A stretch of DNA of 64,000 bases from Squalus acanthias (Eukaryota). Where the stretch lies: contig JASTWF010000235.1 of assembly GCA_030390025.1 (NCBI GenBank), positions 310,001-374,000 on the forward strand, in the 5' to 3' direction. The notes under the pieces are model-generated. The model did no database searches. It saw nothing but the letters and a program-made list of their open reading frames with translations, and was not told the DNA's origin. Positions 1-15,300 of the stretch are shown piece after piece (position 1 is the stretch's first letter; each line of letters opens with the position of its first letter). Made by a program: the position numbers and the translations under genes.

Positions 1-3000
1 TCCCTCCCTGGGGCAACTCAGAGGCAGACACTGAACATACTGCACCCACAGTGACATCACACACTGCCCCCTCCCTGGGGCAGCTCAGAGTCAGACACTG
101 AACATACTGCACCCCACAGTGATATCGCACACTGCCTCCTCCCTGGGCCAGCTCAGGGTCAGACATTTAACATTCTGCCCCAAACAGTGACATCACACAC
201 TGCCCCCTCCCTGGGGCAGGTCCGCCCAGACACTGAACTTACTGAAACTAGAGTGAAATCACACACTGCCCATCCCGGTGTCAGCACAGAGTCGGACACT
301 GAACCTACTGCAACCACAGGGACATCACGCACTGCCCCCACCCTGGGGCAGCTCAGAGACAGACACTGAACATACTGCACCCACAGTCACATCACACACT
401 GCCCCCTCCATGGGGCAGCTCAGAGATAGACACTGAACATACTGCAAACGCAGGGATATCACACACCGCCCCCTCCCTGGGGCAACTCAGAGACAGACAC
501 TGGGCATACTGAACCCACAGTGACATCACACACTGCGACCAAACTAGGGCAGCTCAAGCTCATACACTGAACATAGTGCTCCGACAGTGACAGCACACAA
601 TGCCCACAACAGGGGCAGCTTTGTGTCTGACAATGAACATGCCGCACCCTCAGTGACATCACACACTGCTCCCTCCCTGGGGCAGCTCAGGTTCAGTCAC
701 TGAACATACACCACCCACAGTGACATCACCAACTGCCCCCTCCCTGGGGCAGTTCAGGGTAAGACACTGAACATACTGCACCCACAGTGACATCACACAC
801 TGCCCCCTCCCTGGGGCAGCTCAGAGTGAGACACTGAACACACTGCACCCACAGTGACATCACACACTGCCCCCTCCCTGGGGCAGCTCAGAGTGAGACA
901 CTGAACACACTGCACCCACAGTGACATCACACACTGCCCCCTCCCTGGGGCAGCTCAGAGTGAGAAACTGAACACACTGCACCCACAGTGACATCACACA
1001 CTGCTCTCTCGCTGGGGCAGCTCAGGGTCAGACACTGAACATACTGCACCCACAGGGATATCACACACTGCTCCCGCGCTGGGGCAGCTCAGAGTCAGAC
1101 ACTGAACATACTCCACCCACAGTGACATCAAACACTGCTCCCTCCCAGGGGCAGCTCAGAAACAGACACTGACCATACTGCACCCACAGGGACATAACAC
1201 TATGCCACTCCCTGGGGCAGCTCAGGATCAGACATTGAATATACCGCAACCAACAGAGACAAAAAACACTGCCAGATCCCTGGTGCTGCTCAGGGTGAGA
1301 TACTGACAATACTGCACCCAACAGTGACATCACACGCTGCACCCTCCATGGGTAGCTAAGGGTCAGACACTGAACATGCTGTACCCACAGTGACATCACA
1401 CACTGCCCCCTCCCTGTGGCAGCTCAGAGTCAGACTCTGAACAAACTGCACCCACAGTGACATCACACACTGACCCCTCCCTGGGACAGCTCAGAGTCAG
1501 ATACTGAACATACTGCACCCACAGTGACATCACACACTGCCCCCTCCCTGGGGAAACTCTTGGTCAGACATTTAACATACTGCACCAAACAGTGACACCA
1601 CACAGTGCCCCCTCCCTGGGGCAGCTCAGGCCAGACACTGAACATACTGAACCTAGAGTGACATCACACACTGCCCCCTCCCTTGATCAGCTCAGGGTAA
1701 GACACTGAACATACATCACACACAGTGACATCACACACTGCCCCCGCCCTGTGGCAGCTAAGAGTCAGACACTGAATATACTGCACCCCACTGTGACATG
1801 ACACACTGCCCCCTCCCTGGGGCAGCTCAGGGTGAGACACAGAACTTGCTGCACCAAACATGGACATCACACACTGCCCCCTCCCTGGGGAAGCTCAGGG
1901 TAAGACACTGAACATACTGCACCCACATGGATATAACACTATGCCCCTCCTTGGGGCAGCTCAAGATCAGACATTGAATATACCGCAACCAACAGAGACA
2001 TAAAACACTGCCACATCCCTGGAGCTGCTCAGGGTGAGATACTGACAATACTGCACCCAACAGTGACATCACACTCTGCCCCCTCCCTGGGGCAGCTAAG
2101 AGACAGACACTGAACATGCTGCACCCCACAGTGACATCATACATTGCCCTCTCCCTGGGGCAGCTCAGAGTCAGACACTGAACAAAGTGCACCCACAGGA
2201 GCATCACCCACTGCCCCCTACCTTGGGCAGCTCAGTGTCAGACATTTAACATAATGCACCAAACAGTGACATCACACAGTGCCCCCTACCTGGGGCAGCT
2301 CAGTGTCAGACACTGAGCATACTGAACCTAGAGTGACATCACACAATGCCCCCTCCCTTGATCAGTTCAGGGTCAGACACAGAAAATACTGCACCAAACA
2401 GGGACATCACACACTGCCCCCTCCCTGGGGCAGCTCAGGGTCAGACACTGAACATGCTGCACCAAACAGGGACATCACACAGTGCCCCCTCCCTGGGGTA
2501 GCCCAGGGTAAGACACTGAACATACTGCACCAACGGTGACATCACACACTGCCCCCTGCCTGGGGCAGCTCAGAGACAGACACTGAACTTGCTGCACCCA
2601 CACAGTGACATCACACAATGACCCCCTCCCTGGGACAGCTCAAAGTCAGACACTGAACACACTGCACCCACAGTGACATCACACACTGCTCGACCCTGGG
2701 GCAGCTCAAAGTCAGACACTGAACATACTGCACCCACAGTGACATCACACAATGCCCCCTCCCTGGGGCAGTTCAGGGTAAGACACTGAACATACTGCAC
2801 CCACAGTGACATCACACACTGCCCCCTCCCTGGGGCAGCTCAGAGTGAGACACTGAACACACTGCACCCACAGTGACATCACACACTGCCCCCTCCCTGG
2901 GGCAGCTCAGAGTGAGACACTGAACACACTGCACCCACAGTGACATCACACACTGCCCCCTCCCTGGGGCAGCTCAGAGTGAGAAACTGAACACACTGCA

Positions 3001-6000
3001 CCCACAGTGACATCACACACTGCTCTCTCGCTGGGGCAGCTCAGGGTCAGACACTGAACATACTGCACCCACAGGGATATCACACACTGCTCCCGCGCTG
3101 GGGCAGCTCAGAGTCAGACACTGAACATACTCCACCCACAGTGACATCAAACACTGCTCCCTCCCAGGGGCAGCTCAGAAACAGACACTGACCATACTGC
3201 ACCCACAGGGACATAACACTATGCCACTCCCTGGGGCAGCTCAGGATCAGACATTGAATATACCGCAACCAACAGAGTAAAAAAACACTGCCAGATCCCT
3301 GGTGCTGCTCAGGGTGAGATACTGACAATACTGCACCCAACAGTGACATCACACGCTGCACCCTCCATGGGTAGCTAAGGGTCAGACACTGAACATGCTG
3401 TACCCACAGTGACATCACACACTGCCCCCTCCCTGTGGCAGCTCAGAGTCAGACTCTGAACAAACTGCACCCACAGTGACATCACACACTGACCCCTCCC
3501 TGGGACAGCTCAGAGTCAGATACTGAACATACTGCACCCACAGTGACATCACACACTGCCCCCTCCCTGGGGAAACTCTTGGTCAGACATTTAACATACT
3601 GCACCAAACAGTGACACCACACAGTGCCCCCTCCCTGGGGCAGCTCAGGCCAGACACTGAACATACTGAACCTAGAGTGACATCACACACTGCCCCCTCC
3701 CTTGATCAGCTCAGGGTAAGACACTGAACATACATCACACACAGTGACATCACACACTGCCCCCGCCCTGTGGCAGCTAAGAGTCAGACACTGAATATAC
3801 TGCACCCCACTGTGACATGACACACTGCCCCCTCCCTGGGGCAGCTCAGGGTGAGACACAGAACTTGCTGCACCAAACATGGACATCACACACTGCCCCC
3901 TCCCTGGGGAAGCTCAGGGTAAGACACTGAACATACTGCACCCACATGGATATAACACTATGCCCCTCCTTGGGGCAGCTCAAGATCAGACATTGAATAT
4001 ACCGCAACCAACAGAGACATAAAACACTGCCACATCCCTGGAGCTGCTCAGGGTGAGATACTGACAATACTGCACCCAACAGTGACATCACACTCTGCCC
4101 CCTCCCTGGGGCAGCTAAGAGACAGACACTGAACATGCTGCACCCCACAGTGACATCATACATTGCCCTCTCCCTGGGGCAGCTCAGAGTCAGACACTGA
4201 ACAAAGTGCACCCACAGGAGCATCACCCACTGCCCCCTACCTTGGGCAGCTCAGTGTCAGACATTTAACATAATGCACCAAACAGTGACATCAAACAGTG
4301 CCCCCTACCTGGGGCAGCTCAGTGTCAGACACTGAGCATACTGAACCTAGAGTGACATCACACAATGCCCCCTCCCTTGATCAGTTCAGGGTCAGACACA
4401 GAAAATACTGCACCAAACAGGGACATCACACACTGCCCCCTCCCTGGGGCAGCTCAGGGTCAGACACTGAACATGCTGCACCAAACAGGGACATCACACA
4501 GTGCCCCCTCCCTGTGGTAGCCCAGGGTAAGACACTGAACATACTGCACCAACGGTGACATCACACACTGCCCCCTGCCTGGGGCAGCTCAGAGACAGAC
4601 ACTGAACATGCTGCACCCACACAGTGACATCACACAATGACCCCCTCCCTGGGACAGCTCAAAGTCAGACACTGAACACACTGCACCCACAGTGACATCA
4701 CACACTGCTCGACCCTGGGGCAGCTCAAAGTCAGACACTGAACATACTGCACCCACAGTGACATCACACAATGCCCCCTCCCTGGGTCAGTTCAGGGTCA
4801 GACACTGTACATGGTGCACCAAACAGGGACATCACACACTGCCCCCTCCCTGGGGCAGCTCAGGGTCAGACACTGAACATGCTGCACCCACAGTGAGATC
4901 ACATACTGCCCCCTCCCTGGGGCAGCTCAGAGACAGACACCGAATATACCGCACCCACAGGGACATAGGTCTATGGCCCTCCCTGGGGCAGCTCAGGATC
5001 AGACATTGAATATACCGCAACCAACAGAGACATAAAGCACTGCCACATCCCTGGGGCTGCTCAGGGTGAGATACTGAACATACTGCACCCCACAGGAACA
5101 TCACACACTGCCCCTTCACTGGGACAGCTCAGAGTCAGACAATGAATATATTGCACCCCACAGTGACATCACACACTGCCCGTCCATGGGCAGATCAGGG
5201 TCAGTCAGTGAACATACTGCAAACACAGGGATATCACACACCACACCCTCCCTGGGGCAACTCAGAGACAGACACTGAGCATACTGAACCCACAGTGACA
5301 TCACACACATCGCCCAAACTTGGGCAGCTCAAGCTCATACACTGAACATACTGCACCCACAGTGACATCAGACACTGCCCCCTCCCTGGGACAGCTCAGA
5401 GTCAGACACTGAACACACTGCACCCGCAGATACATCACACACTGCCCACTCCCTGGGGCAATTCAGGGTCAATCACTGAGCATACTGAACCCACAGTGAC
5501 ATCACACACTGCGCCCAAACTGGGGCAGCTCAAGGTCATACACTGAACATAGTGCTCCAAGAGTGACAGCACACAATGCCCACACCATGGGACAGCGTAG
5601 TTACTGACAATGAACATACTGCTACCTCAGTGACATCATACACTGCTCCCTCGCTGGGGCAGCTCAGAGGCAGATACTGAACATACTGCACCCACAGTGA
5701 CATCACACACTGCCCCCTCCCAGGGGCAGCTCAGGGTCAGACAGTGAAAATACTGCACCAACAGTGACATTAAACTCTGCCCCCTCCCTGGGACAGCTCA
5801 GGGTCAGACAATGAACACACTGCACCCACAGTGTCATCACACACTGCCCCATTCTTGGGGCAGCTCAGGTTCAGACACTGAACAGACTGAAACAACAGTG
5901 ATATCGCACACTGCCTCCTCCCTGGGGCAGCTCAGAGTCAGAAATTGAACATACTGCACCCACAGTGACATCACACACTGCCCCCTCCCTGGGGCAGTTC

Positions 6001-9000
6001 AGGGTAAGACACTGAACATACTGCACCCACAGTGACATCACATACTGCCCCCTCCCTGGGGCAGCTCAGAGTGAGACACTGAACACACTGCACCCACAGT
6101 GATATCACACACTGCTCCCTCGCTGGGGCAGCTCAAAGTCAGACACTGAACATACTCCACCCACAGGGACATCACACACTGCTCCCTCCCTGGGGCAGCT
6201 CAGAAACAGACACTGACCATACTGCACCCACAGGGACATAACACTATGACACTCCCTGGGGCAGCTCAGGATCAGACATTGAATATACAGCAACCAACAG
6301 AGAAAAAAAAACACTGCCACATCTCTGGGGCTGCTCAGGGTGAGATACTGACAATACTGCACCCAACAGTGACATCACACACTGCACCCTCCATGGGCAG
6401 CTAAGGTTCAGCCACTGAACATGCTGTACCCACAGTGACATCATATACTGCCCCCTCCCTGGGGCAGCTCAGAGTCAGACACTGAACAAACTGCACCCAA
6501 AGTGACATCACACACTGCCCCCTCCCTGGGACAGCTCAGAGTCAGATACTGAACCTACTGCACCCACAGTGACATCACACACTGCCCCCTCCCTGGGGGA
6601 ACTCTTGGTCAGACATTTAACATACTGCACCAAACAGTGACACCACACAGTGCCCCCTCCCTGGGACTGCTCAGGCCAGACACTGAACATACTGAACCTA
6701 GAGTGACATCACACACTGTCCTCCACCCTTGATCAGCTCAGGGTAAGACACTGAACATACTGCACCCACAGTGACATCACACACTGCCCCCGCCCTGTGG
6801 CAGCTAAGAGTCAGTCACTGAATATACAGCACCCCACTGTGACATGACACACTGCCCCCTCCCTGGGGCAGCTCAGGGTGAGACACAGAACTTACTGCAC
6901 CAACAGGGACATCACACACTGCCCCTTCCCTGGGGCAGCTCAGAAACAGACACTGAACATACTGCACCCACCGGGATATAACACTATGCCTCTCCCTGGG
7001 GCAGCTGAAGATCAGACATTGAATATACCGCAACCAACAGAGTCATAAAACACTGCCACATCCCTGGAGCTGCTCAGGGTGAGATACTGACAATACTGCA
7101 CCCCACAGTGACATCACACACTGCCCCCTCCCTGGGGCAGCTAAGAGACAGACACGGAACGTGCTGCACCCCACAGTGACATCACACATTGCCCCCTCCC
7201 TGGGGCAGCTCAGAGTCAGACACTGAACAATGTGCACCCACAGGAGCATCACACACTGCCCCCTACCTGAGGCAGCTCAGTGTCAGACATTTAACATAAT
7301 GCACCAAACAGTGACATCACACAGTGCCCCCTACCTGGGGCAGCTCAGTGTCAGACACTGAACATACTGAACCTAGAGTGACATCACACAATGCCCCCTC
7401 CCTTGATCAGTTCAGGGTCAGACACAGAAAATACTGCACCAAACAGGGACATCACACACTGCCCCCTCCCTGGGGCAGCTCAGGGTCAGACACTGAACAT
7501 GCTGCACCAAACAGGGACATCACACAGTGCCCCCTCCCTGGGGTAGCCCAGGGTAAGACACTGAACATACTGCACCAACGGTGACATCACACACTGCCCC
7601 CTGCCTGGGGCAGCTCAGAGACAGACACTGAACATGCTGCACCCACACAGTGACATCACACAATGACCCCCTCCCTGGGACAGCTCAAAGTCAGACACTG
7701 AACACACTGCACCCACAGTGACATCACACACTGCTCGACCCTGGGGCAGCTCAAAGTCAGACACTGAACATACTGCACCCACAGTGACATCACACAATGC
7801 CCCCTCCCTGGGTCAGTTCAGGGTCAGACACTGTACATGGTGCACCAAACAGGGACATCACACACTGCCCCCTCCCTGGGGCAGCTCAGGGTCAGACACT
7901 GAACATGCTGCACCCACAGTGAGATCACATACTGCCCCCTCCCTGGGGCAGCTCAGAGACAGACACCGAATATACCGCACCCACAGGGACATAGGTCTAT
8001 GGCCCTCCCTGGGGCAGCTCAGGATCAGACATTGAATATACCGCAACCAACAGAGACATAAAGCACTGCCACATCCCTGGGGCTGCTCAGGGTGAGATAC
8101 TGAACATACTGCACCCCACAGGAACATCACACACTGCCCCTTCACTGGGACAGCTCAGAGTCAGACAATGAATATATTGCACCCCACAGTGACATCACAC
8201 ACTGCCCGTCCATGGGCAGATCAGGGTCAGTCAGTGAACATACTGCAAACACAGGGATATCACACACCACACCCTCCCTGGGGCAACTCAGAGACAGACA
8301 CTGAGCATACTGAACCCACAGTGACATCACACACATCGCCCAAACTTGGGCAGCTCAAGCTCATACACTGAACATACTGCACCCACAGTGACATCAGACA
8401 CTGCCCCCTCCCTGGGACAGCTCAGAGTCAGACACTGAACACACTGCACCCGCAGATACATCACACACTGCCCACTCCCTGGGGCAATTCAGGGTCAATC
8501 ACTGAGCATACTGAACCCACAGTGACATCACACACTGCGCCCAAACTGGGGCAGCTCAAGGTCATACACTGAACATAGTGCTCCAAGAGTGACAGCACAC
8601 AATGCCCACACCATGGGACAGCGTAGTTACTGACAATGAACATACTGCTACCTCAGTGACATCATACACTGCTCCCTCGCTGGGGCAGCTCAGAGGCAGA
8701 TACTGAACATACTGCACCCACAGTGACATCACACACTGCCCCCTCCCAGGGGCAGCTCAGGGTCAGACAGTGAAAATACTGCACCAACAGTGACATTAAA
8801 CTCTGCCCCCTCCCTGGGACAGCTCAGGGTCAGACAATGAACACACTGCACCCACAGTGTCATCACACACTGCCCCATTCTTGGGGCAGCTCAGGTTCAG
8901 ACACTGAACAGACTGAAACAACAGTGATATCGCACACTGCCTCCTCCCTGGGGCAGCTCAGAGTCAGAAATTGAACATACTGCACCCACAGTGACATCAC

Positions 9001-12000
9001 ACACTGCCCCCTCCCTGGGGCAGTTCAGGGTAAGACACTGAACATACTGCACCCACAGTGACATCACATACTGCCCCCTCCCTGGGGCAGCTCAGAGTGA
9101 GACACTGAACACACTGCACCCACAGTGATATCACACACTGCTCCCTCGCTGGGGCAGCTCAAAGTCAGACACTGAACATACTCCACCCACAGGGACATCA
9201 CACACTGCTCCCTCCCTGGGGCAGCTCAGAAACAGACACTGACCATACTGCACCCACAGGGACATAACACTATGACACTCCCTGGGGCAGCTCAGGATCA
9301 GACATTGAATATACAGCAACCAACAGAGAAAAAAAAACACTGCCACATCTCTGGGGCTGCTCAGGGTGAGATACTGACAATACTGCACCCAACAGTGACA
9401 TCACACACTGCACCCTCCATGGGCAGCTAAGGTTCAGCCACTGAACATGCTGTACCCACAGTGACATCATATACTGCCCCCTCCCTGGGGCAGCTCAGAG
9501 TCAGACACTGAACAAACTGCACCCAAAGTGACATCACACACTGCCCCCTCCCTGGGACAGCTCAGAGTCAGATACTGAACCTACTGCACCCACAGTGACA
9601 TCACACACTGCCCCCTCCCTGGGGGAACTCTTGGTCAAACATTTAACATACTGCACCAAACAGTGACACCACACAGTGCCCCCTCCCTGGGACTGCTCAG
9701 GCCAGACACTGAACATACTGAACCTAGAGTGACATCACACACTGTCCTCCACCCTTGATCAGCTCAGGGTAAGACACTGAACATACTGCACCCACAGTGA
9801 CATCACACACTGCCCCCGCCCTGTGGCAGCTAAGAGTCAGTCACTGAATATACAGCACCCCACTGTGACATGACACACTGCCCCCTCCCTGGGGCAGCTC
9901 AGGGTGAGACACAGAACTTACTGCACCAACAGGGACATCACACACTGCCCCTTCCCTGGGGCAGCTCAGAAACAGACACTGAACATACTGCACCCACCGG
10001 GATATAACACTATGCCTCTCCCTGGGGCAGCTGAAGATCAGACATTGAATATACCGCAACCAACAGAGTCATAAAACACTGCCACATCCCTGGAGCTGCT
10101 CAGGGTGAGATACTGACAATACTGCACCCCACAGTGACATCACACACTGCCCCCTCCCTGGGGCAGCTAAGAGACAGACACGGAACGTGCTGCACCCCAC
10201 AGTGACATCACACATTGCCCCCTCCCTGGGGCAGCTCAGAGTCAGACACTGAACAATGTGCACCCACAGGAGCATCACACACTGCCCCCTACCTGAGGCA
10301 GCTCAGTGTCAGACATTTAACATAATGCACCAAACAGTGACATCACACAGTGCCCCCTACCTGGGGCAGCTCAGTGTCAGACACTGAACATACTGAACCT
10401 AGAGTGACATCACACAATGCCCCCTCCCTTGATCAGTTCAGGGTCAGACACAGAAAATACTGCACCAAACAGGGACATCACACACTGCCCCCTACCTGGG
10501 GCAGCTCAGGGTCAGACACTGAACATGCTGCACCAAACAGGGACATCACACAGTGCCCCCTCCCTGGGGCAGCCCAGGGTAAGACACTGAACATACTGCA
10601 CCAACGGTGACATCACACACTGCCCCCTCCCTGGGGCAGCTCAGAGACAGACACTGAACATACTGCACCCACACAGTGACATCACACACTAACCCCCCCT
10701 GTGGCAGCTCAAAGTCAGACACTGAATATACTGCACCCCACAGTGACATCACACAATGCCCACTCCCTGGGTCAGCCCAGGTTAGACACTGAACATGCTG
10801 CCCAAACAGGGGCATCACACACTGCCCCCTCCCTGGGGCAGCTCAGGGTAAGACACTGAACATACTGCACCAACAGGGACATCAAACATTGCCCCCTCCC
10901 TGGGGCAGCTCAGAGACAGACACCGAAAAGGGACATAGCTCTATGGCCCTCCCTGGGGCAGCTCAGGATCAGACATTGAATATACCGCAACCAACAGAGA
11001 CATAAAGCACTGCCACATCCCTGGGGCTGCTCAGGGTGAGATACTGAACATACTGCACCCCACAGGAACATCACACACTGCCCCCTCACTGGGACACCTC
11101 AGAGTCAGACACTGAATATATTGCACTCCACAGTGACATCACACACTGCCACGTCCCTGAAGCAGCTCAGGGTCAGACATTGAACATACTGCAACCACAG
11201 ACACATCACACACTGCCCGTCCATGAGCAGATCAGGGTCAGTCAGTGAACACACTGCACCCACAGTGAAATCACAAACTTCCCCCTCCCTGGGGCAGATC
11301 AGGGTCAATCACTGAGCATACTGAACCCACAGTGACATCACACACTGCGCCCAAACTGGGACAGCTCAAGGTCATACACTGAACATAGTGCTCCGAGAGT
11401 GACAGCACACAATGCCCACACCATGGGGCAGCTTTGTTTCTGACAATGAACATACTGCTCCCTCAGTGACATCACACACTGCTCCCTCGCTGGGGCAGAT
11501 CATAGGCAGATACTGAACATACTGCACCCACAGTGACATCACAGACTGCCCCCTCCCTGGGTAGCTCAGGGACAGACAGGGAAAATACTGCACCCACAGT
11601 GACATCACACACTGCCCCCTCCCTGGGTAGCTCAGGGACAGACAGTGAAAATACTGCACCCACAGTGACATCACACACTGCCCCCTCCCTGGGACAGCTC
11701 AGGGTCAGACACTGAACACACTGCACCCACAGTGTCATCACACACTGCCCCATCCCTGGGGCAGCTCAGATTCAGACACTGAACACACTGCACCCACAGT
11801 GACATCACACACTGCCCCCTCCATGGGACAGCTCAGGGTCAGACACTGAACATACTGCAACCACAGGGACATCACACACTGCCCCTCCCTGGGGCAGCTC
11901 AGAGTCAGACCCTGAACATACTGCACCCCACAGTGATATCGCACACTGCCTCCTCCCTGGGCCAGCTCAGGGTCAGACATTTAACATTCTGCACAAAACA

Positions 12001-12317
12001 GTGACATCACACATTGCCCCCTCGCTGGGGCAGCTTTGGGTCAAGAACTGAACATACTGCACCCACAGTGACATCACACACTGCCCCCTCCCTGGGGCAA
12101 CTCAGGGTCAGGCACTGAACAGACTGAAACAACATTGATATCGCACACTGCCTCCTCCCTGGGGCAGCTCAGGGTCAGACACTGAACATGCTGCACCAAA
12201 CAATGACATCACACAGATCCCCCTCCCTGGGGCAGCTCCGAGTCAGACATTGAACATACTGCACCCACAGTGACATCACACACTGCCCCCTCCCTGGGTC
12301 AGTTCAGGTCAGACACT
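1..12317. repeat. Satellite A, 67-bp monomer (block 1; extends beyond the left edge)
   Basis: Consensus CACTGAACATACTGCACCCACAGTGACATCACACACTGCCCCCTCCCTGGGGCAGCTCAGAGTCAGA; period measured directly (CCCACAGTG at 781 and 848). Higher-order periods of 2019 and 3026 bp are seen from near-identical spurious ORFs at 2279/4298/7324/10350. Confidence 0.97.
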
Positions 12318-15300
12318 GGAACCGATGTCCTCGGGGTAATATTTGCTAAAGCAGTTCGGGAGGATTTAAACTAATATGGCAGGGGAATGGGAACCTATGT
12401 AGCGAAACAGGGGGAAGTAATATGCAGTCAGAAACAAATGTTAGAAGGGTGAGAAACAATAGGGGAAGGCCGAGTAAACAAAGGCAAGAAACACAAAGGG
12501 CCATACTAAATCATAAGTCTAAAAGGACAAAGGATGTTAATAAAACAAGCCTAAAGGCTCTGTGTCTTAATGCAAGGAGTATCCATAATAAGGTGGATGA
12601 ATTGACTGTGCAAATAGATGTTAACGGATACGATGTGATTGGGATTACAGAGACGAGGCTCCAGAACAATCAAGGCTGGGAACTGAACATCCAGGGGTAT
12701 TCAACATTAAGAAAGGATAGAATAAAAGGAAAAGAGGGTGGGGTAGCATTGCTGGTTAAAGAGGAGATTAATGCAATAGCTAGGAAGGACAATAGCTTGG
12801 AGGATGTGGAATCAATATGGGTTGAGCTGCAGAACACCAAAGGGCAGAAAACGTTAGTGGGAGTTGTGCACAGACCTCCAAACAGCAGTAGTGAAGTGGG
12901 GGATGGGTATGAAACAGGAAATCAGAGGTGCGTGCAAAAAAGGCACGGCAGTTATCATGGGTGACTTTAATATGCATCTAGATTGGGCTACTCAAACTGG
13001 AAGCAATACGGTGGAGGAGGATTTCCTGGAGTGTTTAAGGGATGGTTTCCTAAACCAATATGTTGAGGAACCAACTCGAGGGGAGGCCATCCTGGACTGG
13101 GTGTTGTGTAATGAGGAGGGACTAATCAGCAATCTTGTGGTACGAGGCCCCCTGGGGAAGAGTGACCATAGTATGGTGGAGTTCTACATTAGGATGGAGA
13201 AGGAAACAGTTAAGTCAGAGACCATGGTCCAGAACTTAAATAAGGGCAACTTTGAGGGTATGAGGCTTAAATTGGCGAGGTTAAATTGGCAAGCGATATT
13301 TAAGGGGCTATCCGTGGAAGGGCAATGGCAGACATTTAGAGATCGCATGGATGAACTACAACAATTGTACATCCCGGTCTGGCATAAAAATAAAAAAGGG
13401 AAGGTGGCTCAACCATGGCTAACAAGGGAAATCAGGGATAGTATTAAAACCATGGAAGTTGCATACAAATTGGCCAGAAGTAGCAGCAAACCCGAGGACT
13501 GGGAGAACTTCAAAACTCAGCAGAGGAGGACGAAGGGTTTGATTAGGGCAGGGAAAATAAAATATGAAAGGAAGCTTGCAGAGAACATTAAAATGGACTG
13601 CAAAAGCTTCTATAAATATGTAAAAAGAAAGAGGTTAGTAAAAACAAACGTAGGTCCCCTGCAGTCGGAAACAGGGGAAGTCGTAATGGGGAACAAAGAA
13701 ATGGCAGATCAATTGAACAAGTACTTTGGTTCGGTGTTTACTGTGGAGGACACACACAACCTGCCGGAAATAAAAGGAGTCAGAGGATCTGGTAAGAGGG
13801 AGGAGCTGAGGGAAATCCTTATTAGTCGGGAAAAGGTATTGGGGAAATTGATGGGACTGAAGGCTGAAAAATCCCCGGGGCCTGATGGTCTGCATCCCAG
13901 AGTACTTAAGGAGGTGGCATTGGAAATAGTGGATGCATTGACGATCATTTTCCAACATTCCTTAGACTCTGGATCAGTTCCGATGGAGTGGAGGGTGGCC
14001 AATGTAACCCCTCTTTTTAAAAAAGGAGGGAGGGAGAAAGCAGGGAATTATAGACCGGTCAGCCTGACATCGGTCGTGGGTAAAATGATGGAAGCAATTA
14101 TTAAAGATGTCATAACAGACCATTTGGAAAGTGGCGACATGATAGGTCCAAGTCAGCATGGATTTGTGAAAGGGAAATCATGCTTGACAAATCTTCTGGA
14201 ATTTTTTGAGGATGTTTCCAATAGGGTGGACAGGGGGGAACCAGTAGATGTGGTGTATTTGGACTTTCAGAAGGCCTTCGACAAGGTCCCACACAAGAGA
14301 TTGGTGAGCAAAGTTAAAGCACATGGGATTGGGGGTAATGTGTTGACGTGGATTGAGAACTGGTTGGCACACAGGAAACAAAGAGTAGGAGTAAATGGGT
14401 ACTTTTCAGAATGGCAGGCAGTGACCAGCGGGGTACCGCAAGGTTCGGTGCTGGGACCCCAGCTGTTTACATTATATATTAATGATTTGGACGAAGGGAT
14501 TAAATGTAATATCTCCAAATTTGCGGATGACACTAAATTGGGAGGCAGTGTGAACAATGAGGAGGATGCTAGGAGGCTACAGAGTGACTTGGACAGGTTG
14601 GGTGAATGGGCAAATGTATGGCAGATGAAGTACAATGTGGATAAATGTGAGGTTATCCACTTTGGTGGTAAAAATAGAGAGGCGGACTATTACCTGAATG
14701 GTGGCAGATTAGGGAAAGGGGACGTGCAACGAGACCTGGGCGTCATGGTACATCAGTCACTGAAGGTGGGAATGCAAGTGCAGCAGGCAGTCAAGAAAGC
14801 AAACGGAATGATGGCCTTCATAGCAAGGGGATTTGAGTACAGGAGTAGGGAGGTGATGCTACAGTTGTACAGGGTCTTGGTGAGGCCACACCTGGAGTAT
14901 TGTGCGCAGTTTTGGTCTCCTAACTTAAGGAAGGACATTCTTGCTATTGAGGGAGTGCAGCGAAGGTTCACTAGATTGATTCCTGGGATGGCCGGACTGA
15001 CATATCAAGAAAGATTGGGTCAACTGAACTTGTATCCTCTGGAGTTCAGAAGAATGAGGGGGGATCTTATAGAGACATTTAAAATCCTGACTGGTTTAGA
15101 CAAATTAGATGCGGGCAGAATGTTCCCAATGGTAGGGAAAACTAGAACCAGGGGTCACAGTCTAAGGATTAAGGGGAAGCCATTTAGGACTGAGCTGAGG
15201 AGGAACTTCTTCACCCAGAGAGTGGTGAATCTATGGAATTCTCTTCCACAGAAGGTTGTTGAGGCCAGTTCGCTAAATATATTCAAAAGGGAGTTAGATA

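Noticed and set aside
159-11980. Numerous Cys/Val-rich or Thr/His-rich ORFs in satellite A (and similar ones in 15.5-20 kb)
   Set aside because: Translations of a 67-bp non-triplet tandem repeat; they recur with the HOR period and have no gene structure.
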